Origin: Candidatus Moraniibacteriota bacterium
GTDB lineage: Bacteria > Patescibacteriota > Minisyncoccia > Moranbacterales > UBA2206
Assembly (NCBI GenBank): GCA_013334765.1
Contig: JAAXWW010000001.1
Coordinates: forward strand, 172,589-236,588
Direction: 5' to 3'
Length of the DNA stretch: 64,000 nucleotides
Both the position numbers and the translations under genes were made by a program. The notes below the pieces were generated by a model. That model ran no database searches. It saw only the letters and a program-made list of their open reading frames with translations, and was not told where the DNA came from. Shown here one piece after another: positions 19,111 to 29,445 of the stretch (the first letter of the stretch is position 1; each line of letters starts with the position of its first letter).

Positions 19111-19185
19111 TTTCAGGGGGATTCGGAGTTAAAACGGATTTTTGATTTGCGTTTTTTAACTTTTAATTTTTCTGAATAAAATATT

Positions 19186-19869
19186 ATGCAAGCTGTGATT
19201 CTGGCGGCCGGCAGGGGGAAGCGGATGAAAAGCCTCACTAAAGATACTTCTAAGGTGATGCTCAAGATCAAGGGAAAACCGATCCTAGAGCATAAGCTGG
19301 AAATGCTTCCTCGTTCAGTCAATGAAATCATCATGGTTGTGGGATATCAGGGCGACCAGATAATCAGGCACTTCAAGAGGTATTTCGGCGGACGCCGGAT
19401 CATATATGTCCTCCAAGTGAATCAGAATGGGACAGGGGGCGCGCTTCATCTTGCCAAAAGCGTCCTCCGCGACAAATTCCTGGTGATGATGGGGGACGAT
19501 CTGTATCACAAGAAAGACATCACTGGCATCATGAAGCATGATTTGGCGATCTTGGGTTATGAAGTCGAGGATACGAGCCGGTTCGGGATTATCAAGAAGA
19601 ATACTCGTTCTAATCTTGTCGATATAGTCGAGAAGCCTAAGCGGTCGAAAGATAAGCTTGCCAATGCGGGACTGTATATGCTTAACAGGAAATTTTTCGA
19701 TTACGACTTGGTGCATATCGGAGGCGGAGAATTCGGTTTGCCTCAGACGCTTGCCAAGATGGCGAAGGATCATCGGATAAAGGTCCAGAAAGCGACTGCT
19801 TGGCATCCGATCGGAGTTCCGGAGGATCTTCTGGCAGCAGAAAAAGTGATTCATGAATTTGCGAAATAA
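19186..19869 (+). CDS. sugar-phosphate nucleotidyltransferase (NTP_transferase family)
   Basis: N-terminal 'AVILAAGRGKRMKSLT…KPIL' and 'GTGGALHLAK' signatures. Confidence 0.7.
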   Translation: MQAVILAAGRGKRMKSLTKDTSKVMLKIKGKPILEHKLEMLPRSVNEIIMVVGYQGDQIIRHFKRYFGGRRIIYVLQVNQNGTGGALHLAKSVLRDKFLVMMGDDLYHKKDITGIMKHDLAILGYEVEDTSRFGIIKKNTRSNLVDIVEKPKRSKDKLANAGLYMLNRKFFDYDLVHIGGGEFGLPQTLAKMAKDHRIKVQKATAWHPIGVPEDLLAAEKVIHEFAK

Positions 19870-19887
19870 AATTGCTAAAATAAACTT

Positions 19888-20871
19888 ATGCAAAAAGAGG
19901 AACTGCTGAAGTCCGTCGAGAACGGTGCAAAAGAAAGAACAGTCACGCGTGAAGAAGTGATGAAAGCGTTCGATGACGGAGCGGGAAAAGGAGGCGTGAT
20001 CGATTATCAGGGCAAAAGCGAAAAGCGCATCGGCTTTTCCCAGGCGCTTTATTATATCGGAGGTTTTATCGTGTTTTTGGGCATCGCTGTCCTGATCGGG
20101 GAAAACTGGGACGCGCTTGGCGTTCCTGTCAGGATAGCAGTGACGCTTGGCTCAGGAATCGCCGCCTATGTTGCAGGAGTGATCCTTTCAAGAAGCGGAA
20201 AGTTCCGCCAGATGAGCATCGCATTCCATCTTATTGCCGCCTTGGTTTTGCCAATCGGGCTTCTCGTCACTTTTGACAGTGCCGGATATGACGCGGCAGG
20301 ATCCGGGATAAACAGCCTGGTTTCGCTTATTTTGGTTTCTGTATACATAAGATCATATCTTTTCTTCAAAAGGAATATCTTTCTTGTCTTTTCCGTCATT
20401 TTCGGGACTTGGTTCTTCTATGCGATTTGTGCGTATATGTTCGAGGCGGTTCCTGATCAGGGGATGCTGTTTCAGTATCTGACGCTGATTCTAGGCGTCC
20501 TGTATATTTTTCTAGGGCGTTTCTTTTCTGAACATAAGAACAGCATTTCCGGAGCTCTTTTCGGATTCGGTTCATTGTTCGTTCTGGGGTCGGCCATGGC
20601 GCTTGGCGGATGGAGTCCGGATGAGAATATTTTCTGGGAAGCGGCCTATCCGATAGTAATTTTTGGCATGATCTATTTGGGGATTCATCTCAAAAGGAAA
20701 ATCATACTCATTTTAAGTTCTGCATTCCTGATGGTATATATACTGAAACTTACGGGAGAATATTTCGCTGATAGCCTCGGTTGGCCATTGGCTCTGGTTT
20801 TTTCCGGACTGGCGCTTATCGCGGTCGGATATTATATGGTCTATCTCAATAAGAAATATATCAAAAAATGA
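19888..20871 (+). CDS. hypothetical multipass membrane protein
   Basis: 327 aa with a ~45-aa soluble N-terminus and ~8 TM helices. No family recognised. Confidence 0.45.
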   Translation: MQKEELLKSVENGAKERTVTREEVMKAFDDGAGKGGVIDYQGKSEKRIGFSQALYYIGGFIVFLGIAVLIGENWDALGVPVRIAVTLGSGIAAYVAGVILSRSGKFRQMSIAFHLIAALVLPIGLLVTFDSAGYDAAGSGINSLVSLILVSVYIRSYLFFKRNIFLVFSVIFGTWFFYAICAYMFEAVPDQGMLFQYLTLILGVLYIFLGRFFSEHKNSISGALFGFGSLFVLGSAMALGGWSPDENIFWEAAYPIVIFGMIYLGIHLKRKIILILSSAFLMVYILKLTGEYFADSLGWPLALVFSGLALIAVGYYMVYLNKKYIKK

Positions 20872-21911
20872 TGGGCGAAATCAGGAAAAAGATCGTGACT
20901 ATCGGTGGCGGTACGGGAAGCTTCACGCTTCTTTCCGGTCTCAAGAAATATCCGGTGGACATTTCGGCGATCGTTTCGATGGCGGATGACGGCGGATCGA
21001 CTGGCGTGCTGCGCGACGAGCTGGGTGTCCTTCCTCCAGGAGACGTGAGACAATGTTTGGTGGCACTCAGCGAATCATCGGAAACGCTTCGCGAACTCAT
21101 GGGATACCGTTTCGAAGAAGGCGGGCTCAAAGGCCACAGTTTCGGCAACCTTTTCCTTTCGGCGCTCGAGAAGGTTGAAGGCAGTTTTTCTCGTGGGGTG
21201 GAAGAGGCTTCAAAGATATTGAACATCAAAGGGGAAGTGATTCCGGTAAGTGAGGACAGCATGAAATTGCATATCGGATTGAAAAACGGAAAAGTATTGA
21301 TAGGAGAGAATAATCTTGATCATAATGAGGAAATACGCAAAATAGGGATTGAAAAGGTCTTCTTGAAGCCTCGCGTGTCTGCTTGCAAGAAAGCATTGGA
21401 AAAGATACGGCAGGCGGATATGATTGTCATAGGTCCTGGAGATATGTATGGCTCTATATTGCCGATATTCCTAGTAAGGGAGATTGCGGATGCTATCAGA
21501 AAATCCAAGGCGAAAATAGTTTTCAACTGCAATCTGACTAACAAGAGGGGACAGACAGAAAATTTTACTATTGATGATTACGTTCGGGTCGCTGAGGAAT
21601 ATATAGGCAAGAAAAAGATAGGTTATGTAACATTCAATAGCAAAAGAATACCTGCCGACCTAGTCAGAAAATATGAAAGCCATGAGGGAAAGGGTTCGGT
21701 CATTAAATTCCATGCTGGTTATGATAGGCGTCGAAGTTTTCGTGTTGTTACGGCGGATGTTTTGAATGCCAATGAACCGGCTCGGAACAAGAATGATCTC
21801 ATTTCAGCGTCGCGTGCCTTCATCCGCCATGACAGCGACAAGCTGGCGAAAGTCATCATGATGCTTCTTGAAATCGGGGACTATGAGAAGATAATAAAAG
21901 GGATATTCTAG
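20868..21911 (+). CDS. YvcK/CofD-family (UPF0052, gluconeogenesis factor-like) protein
   Basis: 'IVTIGGGTGSFTLLSGLK…ISAIVSMADDGGSTGVLRDELGVLPPGDVRQC' is characteristic of the family. Confidence 0.8.
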   Translation: MMGEIRKKIVTIGGGTGSFTLLSGLKKYPVDISAIVSMADDGGSTGVLRDELGVLPPGDVRQCLVALSESSETLRELMGYRFEEGGLKGHSFGNLFLSALEKVEGSFSRGVEEASKILNIKGEVIPVSEDSMKLHIGLKNGKVLIGENNLDHNEEIRKIGIEKVFLKPRVSACKKALEKIRQADMIVIGPGDMYGSILPIFLVREIADAIRKSKAKIVFNCNLTNKRGQTENFTIDDYVRVAEEYIGKKKIGYVTFNSKRIPADLVRKYESHEGKGSVIKFHAGYDRRRSFRVVTADVLNANEPARNKNDLISASRAFIRHDSDKLAKVIMMLLEIGDYEKIIKGIF

Positions 21912-21916
21912 CGCTT

Positions 21917-22555
21917 ATGAAAATATTCATTGATTTGGACGACGTGCTCTTCAATGCAAAAATGTTCGTTGCCGATCTCAAGAAGGCTTTTTTGGAATCG
22001 GGAATACCGGAAGACCTGTTTGATCGCTTCTATATCGATTATCCGATCAAGGGTCCGAACGGGGTGCGGATGTATAACGTTTGGAAGCATCTTGATCTGA
22101 TACGCGGATCAGGAGAGGATGTTTCGAAAGCGGAGGAGGCGGTAGGATCGCTCATGGCAAGCGTTGGCAAATACCTTTTCGGTGACGTTGCGGATTTCCT
22201 GGAAGATATGAAGGGGAATTCCCTGTTCCTGGTGTCTTATGGCGAGACAGAATTCCAGCGGGCGAAGATGGGATCCCTTTCCAGGAACGAGGCGTTCCTG
22301 GAATGCGTCGTTTCCGAAAATGCCAAATCGGAGGTGATAGGCGAGCTGCTCAAGCGCCATGATATAAGGAGTTTGGGAAGATCTTTCTTTATCGATGACC
22401 GCTTGGAGAATATCCAGGACATAAAAAACCGTTTTCCTGAAATGACGACCATCCTGATGCATAGGAAGGAAGGACGCTATCAAGATCCGGCTGATGAGAC
22501 TTGCGATTATGTCGTTGAAAACCTTCTCGAAGCTGGGAAGATAATAATTTCATAA
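21917..22555 (+). CDS. HAD-superfamily hydrolase-like protein (tentative)
   Basis: N-terminal 'IFIDLDDVLFN' resembles HAD motif I (DxD). Confidence 0.35.
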   Translation: MKIFIDLDDVLFNAKMFVADLKKAFLESGIPEDLFDRFYIDYPIKGPNGVRMYNVWKHLDLIRGSGEDVSKAEEAVGSLMASVGKYLFGDVADFLEDMKGNSLFLVSYGETEFQRAKMGSLSRNEAFLECVVSENAKSEVIGELLKRHDIRSLGRSFFIDDRLENIQDIKNRFPEMTTILMHRKEGRYQDPADETCDYVVENLLEAGKIIIS

Positions 22556-22565
22556 TCAAAAGCGT

Positions 22566-24392
22566 ATGTGTGGAATCGTCGCTTACATCGGAAACAAGAA
22601 AGCCGCTCCGATCCTTCTGGAGGGGCTCAAGCGTTTGGAATATCGAGGTTATGACAGTGCGGGGGTGTCGCTTTTCGGGAAAGGCATAAGAACCATAAAG
22701 GCAGTGGGGAAGGTTGCCAATCTCGAGGAGAAGATTTCCGCGAAAGATATGGACGCGACTGTCGGGATCGCCCATACGCGCTGGGCGACGCATGGCAAGC
22801 CGAGCGACAAGAATTCTCATCCGCACGGCGACTGCAAGGGCGATATTTTCCTGGTGCATAACGGGATCATTGAGAACTACAAGGAGTTGAAAGACATGCT
22901 TGTCAAAAAGAAGCACATATTCAAATCGGAAACCGATTCGGAAGTGATTGCTCATCTCATTGAGGAATTGAATAAGAAACTGGATTACAAGGACTCGGTG
23001 CTAGAGGCGCTTAGGATGGTCGAAGGGACATACGGGCTTGCGATCATCAGCAAAAAAGAGCCAGACAAAGTCATTATCGCCCGCTCCGGAAGCCCTTTGA
23101 TTATGGGAGTCGGAGACGGAGAATTCATCGTTGCATCAGACGCTTCGGCGATCATCCGCTATACCGACAAGGTCATATATCTGGAAGACGGGGAAGTGGC
23201 GATTTTGGAAAGAGGGAAATATGAATTCATGAATATTAAAAACAAGAAGATAGACAAGGAAGTTTCCAAATTGGATTGGACGATGGAAAAAGCCCAAAAG
23301 CAAGGGTTCGATCATTTCATGCTCAAAGAAATTTTCGAGCAGCCGGAAACGATTCAGAATGCTATTCGAGGAAGATTGGTTGCAAGCGAAGGAGCGGCGA
23401 AGCTCGGCGGGCTCAATGATATCTCAGAGAAGCTCAGGAAACTCAAGAGAATAATAATCGTGAGTTGCGGAACTTCATATCATGCGGGGCTTATCGGTGA
23501 ATATATGATCGAAGAGTATGCCGGCATCCCGGTCGAGGTGGAATATGCTTCCGAATTCAGGTATCGAAAGCCGCTTCTGGATGACAGGACGGCAGTCATT
23601 GCCATTTCTCAATCGGGCGAGACGGCTGACACGCTGGCGGCGATCCGTGAGGCCAAGAACAAAGGAGCGCTCACGATCGGAATCGTGAACACGGTCGGTT
23701 CGACCATCGCGCGGGAAACAGACGCGGGCATATACAATCATGCTGGACCGGAAATCGGAGTGGCTTCGACCAAGGCATTCACTTCACAGTTGAGCATCCT
23801 CGTTCTTTTAGCGATCTATCTCGGACGTCAGCGCGACATGTCACTGGTCATGGGCAAAAGGATCGCGAGCGAGATGAACAGGATCCCTGGAAAAATAGAA
23901 TCGATTCTGAAAGAGTCCAAAGAGATAAAAAAGATTGCCAAGAAATATACTAAATTTGGAAATTTCCTATATCTTGGAAGGAAATACAATTTTCCGATCG
24001 CTTCGGAGGGCGCGCTTAAGATCAAGGAGATTTCCTATGTCCATGCGGAAGGGTATGCGACCGGAGAAATGAAGCACGGTCCGATCGCGCTTATTGACGG
24101 GAATTTCCCTTCGATTTTCATCGTTCCGGATGACAGTGTCTATGAGAAGAACATGAGTGGCATCCAGGAAATCAAGGCGCGCGGAGGGAAGGTGATTGCT
24201 ATTGCTACAAAAGGAAACACAGAAATAAAAAAGATCGCCGATGATGTGATATATATTCCGAAAACGCTCGAGATGCTTACGCCGCTCCTTTCCGTCATCC
24301 CGCTCCAGCTCCTGGCATATTATGTCGGGATTGGCAAAGGCTATGACGTCGACAAGCCGAGGAATTTGGCCAAAAGCGTGACAGTGGAATAA
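22566..24392 (+). CDS. glmS: glutamine--fructose-6-phosphate aminotransferase
   Basis: N-terminal 'MCGIVAYIG' Ntn-amidotransferase followed by two SIS domains. 608 aa. Confidence 0.95.
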   Translation: MCGIVAYIGNKKAAPILLEGLKRLEYRGYDSAGVSLFGKGIRTIKAVGKVANLEEKISAKDMDATVGIAHTRWATHGKPSDKNSHPHGDCKGDIFLVHNGIIENYKELKDMLVKKKHIFKSETDSEVIAHLIEELNKKLDYKDSVLEALRMVEGTYGLAIISKKEPDKVIIARSGSPLIMGVGDGEFIVASDASAIIRYTDKVIYLEDGEVAILERGKYEFMNIKNKKIDKEVSKLDWTMEKAQKQGFDHFMLKEIFEQPETIQNAIRGRLVASEGAAKLGGLNDISEKLRKLKRIIIVSCGTSYHAGLIGEYMIEEYAGIPVEVEYASEFRYRKPLLDDRTAVIAISQSGETADTLAAIREAKNKGALTIGIVNTVGSTIARETDAGIYNHAGPEIGVASTKAFTSQLSILVLLAIYLGRQRDMSLVMGKRIASEMNRIPGKIESILKESKEIKKIAKKYTKFGNFLYLGRKYNFPIASEGALKIKEISYVHAEGYATGEMKHGPIALIDGNFPSIFIVPDDSVYEKNMSGIQEIKARGGKVIAIATKGNTEIKKIADDVIYIPKTLEMLTPLLSVIPLQLLAYYVGIGKGYDVDKPRNLAKSVTVE

Positions 24393-24480
24393 TTGTTTCG
24401 TTTTCAGGCTGGATATCGCAGGCATATTTTCCGGAAATATCATCCGACATGCTATAGTGGAATAGAACTGAATTTTTATT

Positions 24481-25926
24481 ATGGAACAGGAAAATAACCA
24501 ACAACCCAAAACCCTGACGCTATCGGAATTCCGCCATGAGGTGGGGATTCCTTTGCTTTTGGCGCGCAAACTGGTTCTCTGGGGCGAAATCGGGGCGGTC
24601 AAGGCGATGGATGGGACCATACGGATCGCTGAAACGGAAGTAGCGGTCGCCAAGAGGCTGATGACTACCCCATGGAAGAAAGCGGCGCTTTTTGTCCGCA
24701 TGCTCGGCCCAGGACTCATCACCGGCGCATCGGACGACGATCCGTCCGGAATCGGGACATATTCGTCCGTCGGTGCCAAATTCGGCCTGGGAATAATCTG
24801 GACGGCTGCCTGGCTTTTTCCAGTCATGCTGGCTATTCAGGAAGTCTGCGCCAGGATCGGGATAGTGACGAATCGCGGATTGGCCGGAGTCATCAAGGGG
24901 CAATATAAAAAGAGGATCGTTTATAGTGTCGTGTTTCTTCTTGTCGTCGCCAATGTCATCAATATCGGAGTCGATCTAGGTGCCATGGCAGAGTCCCTCG
25001 CGATGCTTGTCGGAATCAATTTCTATTTTGCGGCTCTTGCTTTCGCATTGATATCTATCATATTCGAGGTGTTCATCGGGTATCATTTGTATATAAAATT
25101 CCTGAAGTGGCTTTCTCTTTCCGTTCTTGCCTATGTGGCGGCTGGCATCATTATCCATCCGGATTGGTTGGCGGTTTCCAAGAGCATGTTCGTTCCGGTT
25201 GTTAGGCTGGAGAAGGAATACATATTTGCTCTTATCGCTATTTTCGGAACTACTATCACCCCGTATCTGTTTTTTTGGCAGGCATCGGGAGAAGTGGAAG
25301 AAAACAAGCTGGCTTATTCCGTGCTTTATCCGAGGAAAGTGGTTGGCCGTAAATTGAAAGCTAGAATCGGGCGTATGCGTACGGATGTTTTTACTGGAAT
25401 GTTCCTAGCTAATGTTGTTTTTTTCTTCATTGTCCTCACGACTTCCCATGCGCTTTTTGGAAACGGGATAACGGAAATCGGGACAGCCAAAGAGGCGGCG
25501 GAAGCACTGAAGCCTCTGGCGGGGCGCTATGCTTATCTTCTTTTCGCATTGGGAATAATCGGGACCGGAATGCTTGCGATTCCTGTTCTTGCTGGGTCAG
25601 GAGCTTATGCTATGGCTGAAATCATGGAATGGGAGGAAGGTTTGGATCTGAAATTTTCTCGAGCCAAGGGGTTTTATCTGGTCATAGTATTCTCGGTTCT
25701 TATCGGGTTATCGCTCAACCTGTTCCACGTCAATCCGATAACTGCTCTTTATTGGGACGCTTTCATTAATGGCATCATTTCCATTCCTCTTTTGATAGTT
25801 ATCATGCTGGTTGGGAACAACAAGAAGATAATGGGAAGGGAAACGCATCCGGGATGGGTGAAGATATTCGGATGGGCAGCGGTCGCTATAATGATCCTGG
25901 CGGTGTGCGTGTTTATTTTTATGTGA
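24481..25926 (+). CDS. mntH: NRAMP-family divalent metal transporter with an in-frame N-terminal excisionase/MerR-like HTH extension
   Basis: NRAMP signature 'GPGLITGASDDDPSGIGTYSSVGAKFG'. The first ~60 aa ('LTLSEFRHEVGIPLLLARKLVLWGEIGAVKAMDGTIRI') match the excisionase-family HTH pattern. Confidence 0.8.
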   Translation: MEQENNQQPKTLTLSEFRHEVGIPLLLARKLVLWGEIGAVKAMDGTIRIAETEVAVAKRLMTTPWKKAALFVRMLGPGLITGASDDDPSGIGTYSSVGAKFGLGIIWTAAWLFPVMLAIQEVCARIGIVTNRGLAGVIKGQYKKRIVYSVVFLLVVANVINIGVDLGAMAESLAMLVGINFYFAALAFALISIIFEVFIGYHLYIKFLKWLSLSVLAYVAAGIIIHPDWLAVSKSMFVPVVRLEKEYIFALIAIFGTTITPYLFFWQASGEVEENKLAYSVLYPRKVVGRKLKARIGRMRTDVFTGMFLANVVFFFIVLTTSHALFGNGITEIGTAKEAAEALKPLAGRYAYLLFALGIIGTGMLAIPVLAGSGAYAMAEIMEWEEGLDLKFSRAKGFYLVIVFSVLIGLSLNLFHVNPITALYWDAFINGIISIPLLIVIMLVGNNKKIMGRETHPGWVKIFGWAAVAIMILAVCVFIFM

Positions 25927-25953
25927 ATTTATCTTTAAACAATACAAATAGTT

Positions 25954-26364
25954 ATGATAAAGAATATCCTAGATGTAGCTGTTAATTTCCTCCCTTTTGC
26001 GGTTGCTATTATTTCACTGGCGGTTGCATATTTTGAGTGGAAAAAGTCAGAACAACAAGAGAATTTTTTTCGTCAGCAGTTGATTGCTCTCCTTCATCAT
26101 GCTGAAGGAGTAGCTAGTTCTGTAAAGCAAATAACGTACTCGGCTAATTCGGGGGAATTTTCTAGCGTTAAGGATGTTTCAGCTGCGGTCAATTCGGCTG
26201 CTAATAATGCCGAAGCATTATTTTTTGGGTTAATTGAAACTAAAGTCGGAAATGTTTCATTGAAGAATGAATTGGATAAAAAATATACTGAATGGGCAGA
26301 TCTTGAACTTGAGAGAAAGAAGCGCCCATTGCGGGATTTTTTGGATAAGCGTAATGGTAGTTGA
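25954..26364 (+). CDS. hypothetical membrane-anchored protein
   Basis: 136 aa with one N-terminal TM helix. No family recognised. Confidence 0.35.
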   Translation: MIKNILDVAVNFLPFAVAIISLAVAYFEWKKSEQQENFFRQQLIALLHHAEGVASSVKQITYSANSGEFSSVKDVSAAVNSAANNAEALFFGLIETKVGNVSLKNELDKKYTEWADLELERKKRPLRDFLDKRNGS

Positions 26365-27407
26365 TCCTTATGAATGATGATTACTTAAATAGCTTACTAA
26401 AAAAAATAAATCAGCCGAAATTCCGGTTAGGTCAGATCAGGAAAGCCGTCTTTCAAGACGGCGTTTCTTCGTTTTCTGAAATCACGACCCTTTCAAAGGA
26501 TTTGAGAGAAATGATGGAGAAGAAAATCAATTTCCTGTCTTTTGATGTGGAAAAAGTCCTGATTGCGAAAAACAAGCAATCCATGAAAGCACTTCTGAGG
26601 CTTAGAGATGGCAATCTCATCGAAACAGTCCTCATATCGCCAATCACTGGCTCATGGTCCGCTTGCATATCCTGCCAAGTCGGATGCCAGATGGGTTGCC
26701 GTTTCTGCGCGACCGGAAAAATGGGATTCAAGAGGAATCTGACGGCGGAGGAAATCACGGATCAGGTTCTTTTCTGGAAGCAGTATCTGAAAAAGAATAA
26801 TATTCCTGGAAGTTTTTCCAATATCGTCTATATGGGCATGGGCGAGCCTTTCAATAATTGGGACGAAGTTTCCGCGAGCATCAGGAATCTCACCGATCAG
26901 GAATTGTTCGGATTCGGCTCAAGGAGCATCTCTGTTTCCACGGCTGGGATTGCGGAGGGAATCGAGAGGATGGCGCAGGAATTCCCTCAAGTGAACCTGG
27001 CTATTTCGCTTCATTTCGCGACGGATGAAAAGCGCGGAGAATTCATGCCGATAAACAAAAAAGATAATTTGGAAAGTCTGAGGATGGCGCTCCGAAAATA
27101 TTTCGAGTCGACGAAAAGGAAAGTCTTTCTGGAATATGTCATGCTGGAAGGAATGAATGACAGTGCAAGCGACGCATTCGATCTGTCCAAATATATAAAA
27201 TCGATCGGCAAGCTTCAGCTTCTTCATGTGAATCTTATCCGATACAACGCGACGTCGGATCCGCCGGCTGGCGGACTCGTTCCTTCAACGAAAGCCAGGA
27301 CGGAGCGCTTCAGGGCGGAGCTGGAAAGATACGGAATCCCAGTGACAATCCGCAAATCGCTCGGCGAAGAGATCCAAGGAGCCTGCGGGCAGCTGGCAGG
27401 GAAATAG
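26361..27407 (+). CDS. rlmN: 23S rRNA (adenine2503-C2)-methyltransferase, radical SAM
   Basis: 'CISCQVGCQMGCRFCATGKMGF' radical-SAM cluster motif and RlmN/Cfr-type architecture. Confidence 0.85.
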   Translation: MILMNDDYLNSLLKKINQPKFRLGQIRKAVFQDGVSSFSEITTLSKDLREMMEKKINFLSFDVEKVLIAKNKQSMKALLRLRDGNLIETVLISPITGSWSACISCQVGCQMGCRFCATGKMGFKRNLTAEEITDQVLFWKQYLKKNNIPGSFSNIVYMGMGEPFNNWDEVSASIRNLTDQELFGFGSRSISVSTAGIAEGIERMAQEFPQVNLAISLHFATDEKRGEFMPINKKDNLESLRMALRKYFESTKRKVFLEYVMLEGMNDSASDAFDLSKYIKSIGKLQLLHVNLIRYNATSDPPAGGLVPSTKARTERFRAELERYGIPVTIRKSLGEEIQGACGQLAGK

Positions 27408-27409
27408 GT

Positions 27410-27811
27410 TTATTTCTTGATAAATCCGAAGTGTTCAAGTGCTGGGATAATGTTCGGCGCCAGATTTTCTTTTCCTATATTCTCAATATCCAGCCATTTC
27501 CATTGGCGGATATCATCGCCTGGAGTTATTTCGCCAATTCTTTTGGCTAGGAAATGAACAAGGATGATATCGATTGAACCTTCAGGAGTTTCTTTTCTAG
27601 TGAACACAATAAATGGATTTCTATCCAGTATTTCCAAATCTATGCCGGCTTCCTCCTTGGCTTCGCGTTTGGCATTTTCTATCAAATTTGTTTCATAGTT
27701 TTCGACAGTTCCTCCGCAGAATTTCCAGAAGTCGGTGTCGTCATGCTGGTCGAGGAGAACTTTGTTATTTTCTACGATGACTGGACCAGAAGCGACGATT
27801 ATTTTGGGCAT
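27410..27811 (-). CDS. NUDIX hydrolase
   Basis: Nudix box 'GGTVENYETNLIENAKREAKEEAGI'. 133 aa. Confidence 0.75.
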   Translation of the reverse strand: MPKIIVASGPVIVENNKVLLDQHDDTDFWKFCGGTVENYETNLIENAKREAKEEAGIDLEILDRNPFIVFTRKETPEGSIDIILVHFLAKRIGEITPGDDIRQWKWLDIENIGKENLAPNIIPALEHFGFIKK

Positions 27812-27840
27812 ATGTTTTTTGATTATTTCTTATACCTATG

Positions 27841-29445
27841 TTATATACCTTTGACCATATATGTGTCTTTCAGCCGGTATCCGGATTTACGATAATAACT
27901 GCGGACTCCCACGCCGGAAATGACGGCTATCTTTTTCAATCCGAATTCTTCCCTGGCGATTCGTTCGGCTTCCGCCAGAAGCTTTTTCCCGAGACCGATA
28001 TGCTGAGGGGATGAAGTATCCTTTTTGTTTATGCCGGTCATTTTCCCATAGGTGTGGACTTCCCGGATAAGCGCTGAATTCCTGAGTGCGGTTATCGCAT
28101 GCGTAATATTATTGTCTGATGGAATGCGCAGTCTGAGAAGAGCGAAAAGTTTTTTCTTATCCGGCGATACGTATTGCAGGAATATTTCCTTCCCGTCGGA
28201 TGCATCATAGTTGATGCGGTCCAGCACTATTTCTTCTTTGATGCTGTAGTTCTCACGCACTTCCCGACAGCGGATGCATGGGCATCTGGATTCGTTCGCA
28301 ATCAGTTGACGCAAATTGGAAACGATAGGGCCTGCCACTATTGAAGAGTTCGGCACATCGCGGACCAAGCGGGCAATTCGGACATAGGGCGGAATAAGAT
28401 CATTCTTGATCCTGATTATCAATTTCTCAAAATCATTGTCGGACAGCGGCTCATATCCTTTTCTTTTCCATATATCATGCAGTTCGCTTCCTGCCAGAAC
28501 AACGGTAGGATATATCTTCAGCATGTCCGGCTGGAAACGCTCATCATTGAAAAGCATGCTGAACATTTCGAGATCGCGCTTGGGAGTCGAATCGGGAAGT
28601 CCCGGCATTATGTGGTAGTTTATTTTGAATCCGGCGTCTTTCAAGAGCTTGGTGGCTTGGGCTGTCGCGCTTATGGAATGGCCGCGCCTGGTTTTCGTCA
28701 GGATATCGTCAAAAACGCTTTGGATGCCCAGCTCGACCCGGGTGCAGCCCAAAAGCCTGAAGTTGATGATCTCCTTCTCATCGATATAGTCGGGACGTGT
28801 TTCCAAGGTAAGCCCGATGATGCGATGTTTGGCTCTTTCATTCCGCTTCTCTTCCTTGAAGAGAGCCGCGCTCAAACCAGCGGATCGGGGAATCTTTTTT
28901 CTGGCTATGTTACTCGGATAATCATTGGCAGCTCGGAAGCATTCGGCAATGAATTTCTTCTGATAGGCTTTGGGCAGATATGAGAATGTTCCGCCCATGA
29001 CGATGAGTTCTATCTTATCGGTAGCATGTCCATTGAGTTCCAGGGCTGAGAGGCGGTTCTGAACCTGGCGATAGGGATCGAACTTGGCAGTGATGGCCCG
29101 CATGACTGCCGGCTCATTGGAAAGGTAGCTTTTGGGCATGTTCTTTTCGCTGGGGCAATAGGTGCATTTTCCTGGGCAGGGATGGCTTTTAGTGAGGACG
29201 GCGACAGCGGCTATGCCTGAAGCCGTGCGGATTTTCTTGCTAAAAAGCAGTTTTTCGAATTTTTCGCTCCGGGATATCTTCCTGTCCGATACGAGTTTCT
29301 CATAGGACTGTCTCAAGTCGGCATTGGTCGGAATCGGGAGTCCATGCTTGGCGGACAGCCTTTTCTTGAGCTTCAAAAACTCTTCGCGCGATTCAGGAAG
29401 GCTTTCGATTGCGGAGATTATATAATTGTCGTATTGTTTATTCAT
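27841..29445 (-). CDS. Elp3-like radical SAM + GNAT acetyltransferase (tRNA U34 modification-type)
   Basis: Radical-SAM core 'HPCPGKCTYCPSE', the Elp3-type central region, and a C-terminal GNAT ('GLGKKLLAEAERIAREEFGLKKIAVISGVGVRSYYRKSGY'). Confidence 0.75.
   Translation of the reverse strand: MNKQYDNYIISAIESLPESREEFLKLKKRLSAKHGLPIPTNADLRQSYEKLVSDRKISRSEKFEKLLFSKKIRTASGIAAVAVLTKSHPCPGKCTYCPSEKNMPKSYLSNEPAVMRAITAKFDPYRQVQNRLSALELNGHATDKIELIVMGGTFSYLPKAYQKKFIAECFRAANDYPSNIARKKIPRSAGLSAALFKEEKRNERAKHRIIGLTLETRPDYIDEKEIINFRLLGCTRVELGIQSVFDDILTKTRRGHSISATAQATKLLKDAGFKINYHIMPGLPDSTPKRDLEMFSMLFNDERFQPDMLKIYPTVVLAGSELHDIWKRKGYEPLSDNDFEKLIIRIKNDLIPPYVRIARLVRDVPNSSIVAGPIVSNLRQLIANESRCPCIRCREVRENYSIKEEIVLDRINYDASDGKEIFLQYVSPDKKKLFALLRLRIPSDNNITHAITALRNSALIREVHTYGKMTGINKKDTSSPQHIGLGKKLLAEAERIAREEFGLKKIAVISGVGVRSYYRKSGYRLKDTYMVKGI

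Noticed and set aside
24440-24460. 10-bp palindrome TTTCCGGAAA upstream of the NRAMP gene as a metalloregulator (MntR/DtxR) operator.
   Set aside because: It is too short and does not resemble the 19-bp DtxR/MntR consensus. The flanks are direct rather than inverted.
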